Shown here one piece after another: positions 6,777 through 12,923 of a DNA stretch of 12,923 nucleotides. The translations under genes were made by a program, and so were the position numbers. Origin of the DNA: a virus (Duplodnaviria > Heunggongvirae > Uroviricota > Caudoviricetes); IMG/VR virus record IMGVR_UViG_2534681651_000004, positions 1 through 12,923 of that record. One strand, written 5' to 3'. Every line of letters starts with the position of its first letter. The stretch's first letter is position 1. The notes below the pieces were generated by a model. That model saw nothing but the letters and a program-made list of their open reading frames with translations. It did not search any database and was not told the DNA's origin.

Positions 6777-7598
6777 TTACCTAGTTACCTTTTTTAACTG
6801 CCGCTCAGCCCATGCTTCTTCAATATCAAACCGGGTCACCAGCGCATCATAGAATTTCTTAACTGTTTTTTCCCATGACGCGCGTGTTATCTGGTTTGTC
6901 ACCTCGCATATAGCATTAAATGCCTCCGTTGATGGTAGTCTTTCATAGCCACGACCACCACAACGCTGGCAGTCTCTGATAACAGGCATACCACGTTTTA
7001 CCGACTCTTCACGGTGAATGGCGACACCACGCCCACGGCAATCCTTACAGGCGGTGGAAACCTCACCCTTTCCGCCACACTCCGGACAGGCAACTTTTAC
7101 CACCTCCCTGACTTTTTTCCATTCTTCCCAGTAAGACGGATACACACCTTTCGTACACTTTGCCCATACCGGCGGCTTACCATCCGGATACTGGACCTTG
7201 TTTGTAAAAACTACGCTTTCAATAAATTTTTCCCCATAGCAACAAGGGCACTGCTTTTTACTCGCTGCGCTGCGGGCATAATCCTCAAAAGCGTACGAAG
7301 CCATAATGCGCATCACTACCGGTTTTATTTCTGCCGGAAGTTTTCTCAACGCCGCCACACGATCGCACCGACTGAGTGCATAATCTGCCAGTAATTCTGT
7401 TGCCCGCGCCCTGTCATTCATACTGATGCCCATTTTCCCCAGGAACGCAGAAAACCCCATCTCAGCCCGATTCTGTGTCATGCCCTGCGCGGCCATCACA
7501 TCAGTGATACTCAGCGCATCTTTTGACGTTGAAGCCGATGCATCGGTCAGGCAAGGGGATTTTGGGGAGTAGTATTTCGGTAAATCTTCCAGTTTCAT
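6777..7598 (-). CDS. Q: Late antitermination protein Q (Phage_antitermQ family)
   Basis: 273 aa with multiple CxxC zinc-ribbon motifs (CPCCYGEK, CPECGGKG, CKDCRGRG, CQRCGGRG). Sits directly upstream of pR'/tR'. Its ATG overlaps the RusA TGA stop as ATGA. Confidence 0.8.
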   Translation of the reverse strand: MKLEDLPKYYSPKSPCLTDASASTSKDALSITDVMAAQGMTQNRAEMGFSAFLGKMGISMNDRARATELLADYALSRCDRVAALRKLPAEIKPVVMRIMASYAFEDYARSAASKKQCPCCYGEKFIESVVFTNKVQYPDGKPPVWAKCTKGVYPSYWEEWKKVREVVKVACPECGGKGEVSTACKDCRGRGVAIHREESVKRGMPVIRDCQRCGGRGYERLPSTEAFNAICEVTNQITRASWEKTVKKFYDALVTRFDIEEAWAERQLKKVTR

Positions 7599-7969
7599 TT
7601 TTTGACCTGCTCTTCATGCATTATGGGGTAAATCTTCACCCCCATACGTCCACCAGATACTGGCTGACCACGAACGATATTGATTTCATCAAACTGCTCA
7701 TCGTCCATTAACACTCCCGCATGCGTCAGCGCATCCAGCGGTGCTTTCAGGATATTGTCCAGGTCGCGACGACGCTTATCCGGTGGCTCTGCAATCACCT
7801 TTATCGCCAGCCTTCCGGACAGGCTTAATTTCAGCCGCTGCTGGCGAACAATAAGCGCCACAGCACGGCGATAACGCTTTCCCTCCTCCGAGATAAAATA
7901 TGTGCTGCCACGGCGTCGCCAGTAAGTGTTCACCGTCGGCGGGTAAGGTAAAACCAAATCTATGAGCAT
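7595..7969 (-). CDS. rusA: RusA Holliday-junction resolvase
   Basis: 124 aa. LPYPPTVNTYWRRRG ... PDKRRRDLDNILKAPLDALTHAGVLMDDEQ matches recalled RusA (PWPPS.N.YY / PDRRRRDLDNL.KA.FDALT). Confidence 0.85.
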   Translation of the reverse strand: MLIDLVLPYPPTVNTYWRRRGSTYFISEEGKRYRRAVALIVRQQRLKLSLSGRLAIKVIAEPPDKRRRDLDNILKAPLDALTHAGVLMDDEQFDEINIVRGQPVSGGRMGVKIYPIMHEEQVKK

Positions 7970-7981
7970 CAGTCACCTCTT

Positions 7982-9031
7982 TTACCCAAGCACGCCAGTT
8001 GCAAAGGCGTGATCAAGAAAACGAAAAATTAAATCAACCTGAGAACCATGCTTTTCTTCGAACGCCAGCGGATCCGCATGAAGCTCGTTGTGATGCTCCC
8101 GACACAGCGGTAGCGTGAAAATATCGTGAGATTTTGTCCCCATTCCGCCCTGACCATGACCAATCAGGTGATGGGGATCGTCGGTTGGCTTACCACAACA
8201 CGCACACGGCTGTGTCTTCACCCAGCGTGTGTATTTCTCGTTAACCCAGCGGCGACGTTTAGGTCGTTTCATAAAAGATTCCGGAGACTCAGGATCAACG
8301 GCAATGCTGACCACCGTCTTTTCCTGTGGTGGGTTCTGTTGCTGGTGGGCGTGAGGCAGCGGCGCAAGATTTTTTGTGCGCTGTTTCAGTATGCTGGTGG
8401 CGGTCTGCTCTCCCGGTACGATGTCGCTTTCACGGTACATTGAGCGGATTTTTTCCGCACGCAACCCCAGCGAACGACGTAATACCGCTTCCGGTAGCGC
8501 GTCCGCCACCTGATTGCGGACCGCCCACCAGGATAATTCAGCCAGAGATAATTCACGCTCCTGCGTACCGCTTATTGCGTGACCGATGACGTCAATCATC
8601 CATGCTGACAGGTTTTGATGAGCAAGTTGCTCGAGTGATTCGGATGTCTGGTCACGCAGCTGGTTGTCGCAGTGCCAGCACAACACCATTGCGCCGGTAC
8701 CATAACGGTGAATGACGGTTTCGCTGTGATGATAATCGCCGTGTGGCCACTGGCAGGATTTAATATGGCGCAACAGCCAGTCAGACAATGCACCAGCACC
8801 ACAAGCAGCACGAATCACCCGTGCGTTACTGAAAAACGGCAGCAATGTTTTGTCTTCCACCAGCGGCTGGCGAGCGGCAGGAACGACCCCGGACGGCAGA
8901 TTACGCATGCTTTTCGGTTCCGGCTCCACCAGTAACCGGGTATTGTGGAATACCGGCATGGATTCACGGCCCGGCTTAACGATCACCAGCCCGAGTTCCG
9001 GTACCAGAACAGGTCGAAGTAATACCCGCAC
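7982..9031 (-). CDS. DUF968-family protein (YdfU-like) with a C-terminal Cys/His HNH-like motif
   Basis: 349 aa with a GTG start preceded by GGAGG. C-terminus CACCGKPTDDPHHLIGHGQGGMGTKSHDIFTLPLCREHHNELH. Positioned before rusA and Q as ydfU is in Qin. Confidence 0.7.
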   Translation of the reverse strand: MRVLLRPVLVPELGLVIVKPGRESMPVFHNTRLLVEPEPKSMRNLPSGVVPAARQPLVEDKTLLPFFSNARVIRAACGAGALSDWLLRHIKSCQWPHGDYHHSETVIHRYGTGAMVLCWHCDNQLRDQTSESLEQLAHQNLSAWMIDVIGHAISGTQERELSLAELSWWAVRNQVADALPEAVLRRSLGLRAEKIRSMYRESDIVPGEQTATSILKQRTKNLAPLPHAHQQQNPPQEKTVVSIAVDPESPESFMKRPKRRRWVNEKYTRWVKTQPCACCGKPTDDPHHLIGHGQGGMGTKSHDIFTLPLCREHHNELHADPLAFEEKHGSQVDLIFRFLDHAFATGVLG

Positions 9032-9032
9032 G

Positions 9033-9422
9033 TTACCTCCAGATGCGTTGCTGGAATGTGTGGGACGGACGCGGTGGGCGTTCGGAGTAAGGCAATCTGA
9101 CTGAGATTATCCAGTGACGGTAGTCGAGGCTAAGGGCTTTTTTAACCTCGTATCCGCGCCTGCGGTAACACTGAATTATCCATTCAGCCTGCTCTTCAGT
9201 GCATGGTGGATGCTGGAACCAGTCCGATTTGAATGCATGAAAACGCCGTCCGCACCTGCTGGCAAAGACGGCAGAATCATCAGAATTGTGTAATTTGGTA
9301 TCGTGCGCCATCGGTTGTCTCTGCTGGCGCAGCAGGTGCCAGTTGTTCAGGCTGGCGTATAAAGTATAAATAAACTGGTTCCAGTGTAAAGCCCCTACAT
9401 TAATGGAATAAAAGTCAAACAA
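9033..9422 (-). CDS. Hypothetical nin-region protein (start uncertain)
   Basis: ORF-track start is a TTG with no SD; the first ATG is at 9311 (92 aa). Stop lies 1 nt before the start of the downstream DUF968 gene. Confidence 0.45.
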   Translation of the reverse strand: MFDFYSINVGALHWNQFIYTLYASLNNWHLLRQQRQPMAHDTKLHNSDDSAVFASRCGRRFHAFKSDWFQHPPCTEEQAEWIIQCYRRRGYEVKKALSLDYRHWIISVRLPYSERPPRPSHTFQQRIWR

Positions 9423-9576
9423 CAGATTGTTGGGATAAACACAACGCTTATTATTAAAAGCGATTAGATAAATTAAATTTTAATGTTATGCAATTTTACC
9501 AGATCACCATAACATCTCGTTTGAAACCACCGAAACAACAACCATATCAATATTGATTATGTTAAAGTGAGTAAAT

Positions 9577-9663
9577 ATGGAAAACAACAAATCTGCACAT
9601 TACGCTCCTTTTTTATCTGTGATACTTTTTGTTTTATGCTGTGTGTGGGCATTATTTTTATAA
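9577..9663 (+). CDS. Candidate small hydrophobic peptide (28 aa), convergent with hok
   Basis: MENNKSAHYAPFLSVILFVLCCVWALFL has a polar N-terminus and a 17-residue hydrophobic stretch. Modest SD (GTGAG), AT-rich upstream region. Below the ORF-track size cutoff. Confidence 0.3.
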   Translation: MENNKSAHYAPFLSVILFVLCCVWALFL

Positions 9664-9671
9664 AAATATTT

Positions 9672-9701
9672 ACAGATAAAATAAACCCGCCGAAGCGGGT
9701 T
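9672..9701 (-). terminator. Rho-independent terminator of the hok transcript
   Basis: Minus strand reads AACCCGC-TTCG-GCGGGTT followed by TATTTTAT, about 70 nt after the hok stop. Confidence 0.7.
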
Positions 9702-9769
9702 AAGTGCGGGTGCATTGAGGATGCCTGACACATCAGAGGTGGCGAGGGATTTCTCCCTCGCCAAGTCTC

Positions 9770-9925
9770 TTACTCCTCAGGTTCGTAGACTGTGAAGACA
9801 GCGACCTCCGTCTGGCCGGTTCGGATTCGTACCTCGCAGAGGTCTTTCCTCGTTACCAGTGCCGTCACTATGACGGTTAAACAGATGACGATCAGGGCGA
9901 TTAACATCGCCTTTTGCTGCTTCAT
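9770..9925 (-). CDS. hok: Hok-family type I toxin (HokD/RelF-like)
   Basis: MKQQKAMLIALIVICLTVIVTALVTRKDLCEVRIRTGQTEVAVFTVYEPEE is near-identical to recalled HokD. AAGGAG SD upstream of the ATG at 9925. The 70-aa ORF-track version (start 9982) is an in-frame upstream extension, possibly mok-like. Confidence 0.9.
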   Translation of the reverse strand: MKQQKAMLIALIVICLTVIVTALVTRKDLCEVRIRTGQTEVAVFTVYEPEE

Positions 9926-10136
9926 AGCCTGCTTCTCCTTGCCTTTCGGCACGTAAGAGGCTAACCTAGATTTGCCGTTCATAGATTGAGCCTCAGATTA
10001 ATGTTAAGCGTCTTGCAGGACGCGTAATGTTAACTGGGGCTTTTCTCTATCTGCCTTTGGTGTTCATGCCTGAGACAGATAGCCTCAAGCACCCGCAGCC
10101 ATTCTACTTAACTCCCGTCACCTGGCCAATATAAAA

Positions 10137-10226
10137 TCAATCAGAAAGGCGATCCATAAGAACAACAGCAAGACAATAAATTGCCATTACAGCTGCAATA
10201 GCCAGCGCACATTTGAGAACCAGCAC
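10137..10226 (-). CDS. Candidate small hydrophobic peptide (29 aa) with a strong SD
   Basis: AGGAGG, a 5-nt spacer, then a GTG start; encodes MLVLKCALAIAAVMAIYCLAVVLMDRLSD. Not on the ORF track (below size cutoff). A 17-bp perfect palindrome lies about 50 bp upstream. Confidence 0.3.
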   Translation of the reverse strand: MLVLKCALAIAAVMAIYCLAVVLMDRLSD

Positions 10227-10275
10227 GACAACCTCCTGTATTGGACGTACACCAGTCCTGATAAATATGAGGCTC

Positions 10276-10292
10276 TCTCATCATTGATGAGA
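10276..10292. promoter_or_regulatory. 17-bp perfect palindrome TCTCATCATTGATGAGA (candidate operator)
   Basis: Perfect 8-1-8 inverted repeat between the AT-rich 345-aa gene and the hok unit, upstream of the small ORF 10137..10226. Confidence 0.4.
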
Positions 10293-10511
10293 TACAACTA
10301 TTGGGTATAGTTTCTGTGATTTTGTTCTGTAGAAATGGAACACAACAACCAGTAACCACCAGCGATTCTTTAAATACGCCAAATCCGACGCAAGCTAACC
10401 TTCTAGTCCGCTTTGGGCGAAGACCGGACGTTCGATAGGTGTGAACTAGTAACTTTAAAAACATTTAATTACCAGTAAAAAAACAAGAATATACTATCAC
10501 TTTTCCAATTT

Positions 10512-11549
10512 TTAATTACCCTTATCAATTTTAAGAAATACATTTCCAATCTCATCAGAATAATCCTGTATTATTTTTGAAATGACGGCATGATCAATGG
10601 TTGGTTTTAAGAATAAAAGTGTCACAGTAATCTGCATCAAACTAATAGCAGTAGCATGGGCTGGATCAGCCATTCCTGAATCACTTTGCCCGACCAATAA
10701 TATATCATCACCAGTTTCACAGAGACCAAGCCTATTTCTCATTGCCTTGGAACCGGTGTGTACATTCTGACTCGCCCACTTATAATAAGGGCGCATGTGT
10801 TCTAACTGAACATCTTTCTCAATAGCTCCAAACCCCACTTTATTATGGTTAGGGAAAATATAAGATGCCCACCCATAATTATCTGCATATTTTTTGCCGT
10901 ATTTTTTTATTAATAGATCAAATTGAACTTTACACTCAGCTATTTCTTCAATAGTTGGACCTTTTGCTTCTAACCGGTGCTCGTACTTTTTGTGTTCCAA
11001 CATTCCAGTATATGAATCAACCACTTCATGGTAGTAAAAGCGCTCAGCACACTCTTTTCCATGCTTTGCTATAAACATAGCTGTGGCTGCTACCTCATGA
11101 AGTGCTCGCCATCTCGCTTGGGCAGCATCTGCAAATCCATTCTTTAAGAGACACAAAATTTCGTTGGCGATGTGGCAAGCTCTTGCGTGATGCCGAACGA
11201 CTAAATCAAAAACCACATCCTCTTCAGAGGCAGCTTGTGGTCTATAAGAACGATTGAACTCTTCACCGGACTCCGTGCATATCACTATAAGTGTTTCGAG
11301 CAAATCAAAAGCCTCTGCCCATCTTGAAATATTTCTCTCAACAAATTCATCACAAAGAGAACGATGTTCTCTAAGCATTGCATTGGCCGAGCCAATAAGA
11401 GATTTTTTAACGACAATGGCTATTTTGGGAATTAGGTTATTAATTTCTTTTTCGATATCAGCGTCACCAGATAAATCAAGCCTCTCTTTTAAAAGGCTGT
11501 CTATGTGCTCAAGCAAAATATTATGAAAAGTATCCATGTCATATCTCAA
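10512..11549 (-). CDS. AT-rich foreign hypothetical protein, candidate defence/abortive-infection protein (possible HEPN-like Rx4-6H motifs)
   Basis: 345-aa ORF with an ATG start, visibly lower GC than its neighbours and flanked by AT-rich intergenic DNA. Contains RHHARACH and RWRALH (Rx4-6H-type) motifs. No confident family assignment from memory. Confidence 0.7.
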   Translation of the reverse strand: MRYDMDTFHNILLEHIDSLLKERLDLSGDADIEKEINNLIPKIAIVVKKSLIGSANAMLREHRSLCDEFVERNISRWAEAFDLLETLIVICTESGEEFNRSYRPQAASEEDVVFDLVVRHHARACHIANEILCLLKNGFADAAQARWRALHEVAATAMFIAKHGKECAERFYYHEVVDSYTGMLEHKKYEHRLEAKGPTIEEIAECKVQFDLLIKKYGKKYADNYGWASYIFPNHNKVGFGAIEKDVQLEHMRPYYKWASQNVHTGSKAMRNRLGLCETGDDILLVGQSDSGMADPAHATAISLMQITVTLLFLKPTIDHAVISKIIQDYSDEIGNVFLKIDKGN

Positions 11550-11642
11550 TAAGTTTTAAATCCATGTGGCACACCCATAATATAAAAATAAACAGCATGC
11601 CAGTCTAAGTCTGGCTATTTGTATATCATATCACCTGAAACA

Positions 11643-11671
11643 TTGACAGATGTAACCCACCAAAATATTAT
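11643..11671 (+). promoter_or_regulatory. Near-consensus sigma70 promoter on the plus strand (TTGACA-N17-TATTAT)
   Basis: TTGACA at 11643..11648, exact 17-nt spacer, TATTAT at 11666..11671. It points rightward, antisense to the 11765..12190 gene; no plus-strand ORF follows. Confidence 0.5.
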
Positions 11672-11764
11672 CAATGACCACTCTTGGCACAAAGCGAACA
11701 ACCACGCTAGCTCTACCTTGTGCCATGAAAATGTCAATGCATATCTGAACTAATGCCCTTTAAT

Positions 11765-12190
11765 CTAGTAACGTCTAAAATACCTAACATTTCCCTGATA
11801 AAATGCCATAATGCGCTGCATAACTTCGCTCTTCCGGCACTCGCGACAGATTATGTTTAGACAACTATCGTAGCGACGTATTTCTCCGTCAGGTAATGAC
11901 CAGATAAGGTCCGGATCAACCGCAGATGGTTTCTTCAGCTTTGCCCTTGAGAGCTTTTTACGGGCATTTTGCCAGTCCTTACGCGCCTGTTCAGACGGGA
12001 ATAACCCGTAACCAGAGTTGTATACATCGCCACTGGCAACCAGCTCTCTGGCCAGAACGCTCATCAGATATCTTGTTGCCCCAGTTTTAGTTTCCAGTTG
12101 TCGTAACGTCTCGCGCCCACTCTGGCGTACGAGTTCAACAACCTGCCCTTTAATTTTTTCCCGCTCTTCTTGTGTAAAAACTTTTGCCAC
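11765..12190 (-). CDS. Small hypothetical protein with a probable helix-turn-helix near the N-terminus
   Basis: 141 aa with a GTG start preceded by AGGAGGG. The segment TLRQLETKTGATRYLMSVLAREL looks like an HTH. Basic C-terminal half with CxxC (CRECR). Confidence 0.6.
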   Translation of the reverse strand: MAKVFTQEEREKIKGQVVELVRQSGRETLRQLETKTGATRYLMSVLARELVASGDVYNSGYGLFPSEQARKDWQNARKKLSRAKLKKPSAVDPDLIWSLPDGEIRRYDSCLNIICRECRKSEVMQRIMAFYQGNVRYFRRY

Positions 12191-12230
12191 AAGCCCTCCT
12201 GAAAATTACCTCATGACCAGAAATTAACAC

Positions 12231-12884
12231 TTACCCCCTGAAGCCCGGCGGAATTTCGTTATCCGGTTCAGAAATATGATTCACACAACGCTGGTTGTTC
12301 GTGCCGCTTACCGGGAGCAACCAGGGGTTCTCAAAATTCCGGTCCGGTCCAAAAAACGTCGTCGCTCGCTGAACAAATTCCGTTCCCGTTTTCCCGGTAG
12401 CCGCCAAGTATCTTGCGTAACGCCTCACGCCATCCAGCATGGCCTCTGGTGGCACCCCCTCGCGTAATCTGGCCTTCCAGGCACTGAAAGCGGATTTCTT
12501 CGGGTTTGCTCCGGCACGCAACGGGTACTCCCGCCAGACCTGTTCGAACACATCCGGATAATCCACTCGTCCCACAGACAGCCCGGTGTTTTCCGGGACT
12601 ACCCGATCGGCTTCCCGCTGAATGGCGGAATCGGCTTCAGGCTGCTGCAGTTGGTGTGATTGTTCCGGCCTTTGGGTCATCACCTGCTGCACAGCGCCCG
12701 AATCGGCTTTCAGCGCATACGCTGAATCGGCTTCCGGTGTCGTGCCTGCTGGCTGACCAGGATTGACGGTCTGAACATCCCCTGCCTGGTTCGTGGCGTT
12801 TTTTACGCCATGGACCATAGTGTTTTGATCTTCTTGATCTGTATCTTTATCTGTATCTTTATCTGTCGTGACTCGTCGTGACAT
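12231..12884 (-). CDS. Hypothetical protein, possibly the C-terminal part of a longer replication-type protein whose reading frame stays open to the window edge
   Basis: 217 aa from the ATG at 12884, but the frame has no stop through 12923, so the gene may start beyond the window. N-terminal acidic low-complexity region (TTDKDTDKDTDQEDQ; Pro/Gln/Ala-rich linker); conserved-looking C-terminal domain (VDYPDVFEQVWREYPLRAGANPKKSAFSAWKARL...). Confidence 0.6.
   Translation of the reverse strand: MSRRVTTDKDTDKDTDQEDQNTMVHGVKNATNQAGDVQTVNPGQPAGTTPEADSAYALKADSGAVQQVMTQRPEQSHQLQQPEADSAIQREADRVVPENTGLSVGRVDYPDVFEQVWREYPLRAGANPKKSAFSAWKARLREGVPPEAMLDGVRRYARYLAATGKTGTEFVQRATTFFGPDRNFENPWLLPVSGTNNQRCVNHISEPDNEIPPGFRG
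12837..12866. repeat. 12-bp tandem direct repeat (ATCTGTATCTTT, about 2.5 copies)
   Basis: atctgtatcttt atctgtatcttt atctgt; encodes the DKDTDKDTD repeat on the minus strand. Confidence 0.7.
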
Positions 12885-12913
12885 GTGCGTGACATTTCGT
12901 GATGCGCCGTGAC
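12867..12913. repeat. Iteron-like array: five CGTGAC/T hexamers at 10-11 bp spacing
   Basis: CGTGAC at 12867, 12877, 12888 and 12908, and CGTGAT at 12898, giving helical-turn periodicity. The array straddles the start of the edge ORF. Confidence 0.6.
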
Positions 12914-12923
12914 AATCGCCATT

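Larger units (their letters stand above)
1..12923. mobile_element. Segment of a lambdoid prophage (late regulatory, cargo and lysis region)
   Basis: Collinear minus-strand gene order typical of lambdoid phages: RusA, Q, pR'/tR', tRNAs, holin, endolysin, Rz/Rz1, plus hok and patchy GC content. No integrase or att site lies in the window. Confidence 0.85.

Noticed and set aside
7014-9104. Plus-strand and alternate-frame track ORFs inside Q, RusA and the DUF968 gene (7014..7394, 7680..7874, 7776..7976, 8126..8443, 8326..8589, 8596..8811, 8672..8935, 8850..9104)
   Set aside because: Shadow ORFs antisense to or out of frame with well-supported genes; typical of GC-rich coding DNA.
9770-9982. 70-aa Hok ORF as drawn by the track
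   Set aside because: Hok-family toxins are about 50 aa and a good SD precedes the internal ATG at 9925; the upstream in-frame part is treated as leader, possibly mok-like, not as part of Hok.
10141-10464. 107-aa minus-strand ORF from the track
   Set aside because: Cys-rich, low-complexity translation with no SD and no protein-like character; it lies in an intergenic, regulatory-looking region. A short alternative frame with a strong SD is reported instead.
11254-12766. Plus-strand track ORFs 11254..11526, 12018..12227, 12276..12467, 12506..12766
   Set aside because: Antisense to better-supported minus-strand genes, with no SD and non-protein-like translations.
12837-12913. CRISPR array
   Set aside because: The repeats are 6-12 bp with no spacer-sized unique intervals; they fit iterons or a coding tandem repeat, not a CRISPR.

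Overview
This window reads as the late-regulatory and lysis segment of a lambdoid enterobacterial prophage (Qin/DLP12/phage-21-like), almost entirely coded on the minus strand. Order from right to left: an edge ORF with iteron-like repeats, a small HTH-like protein, an AT-rich foreign gene, a complete hok type I toxin unit, nin-like genes (DUF968/YdfU-like, RusA), antiterminator Q, a pR'/tR' pair, a tRNA cluster (Ile-CAU, a degenerate tRNA-like element, Arg-UCU), a cargo block with two TolA-domain-III-like lipoproteins, a pinholin/SAR-endolysin/Rz-Rz1 lysis cassette, and a KilA-N protein. A plus-strand YnfO/YdfO-like pair sits at the left edge. No Shiga toxin genes occupy the Q-to-S cargo site. 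The strongest leads are the tandem TolA-III-like lipoproteins and the AT-rich 345-aa gene beside hok. All homology calls are from memory of protein families and reading of the sequence; nothing was searched or computed.
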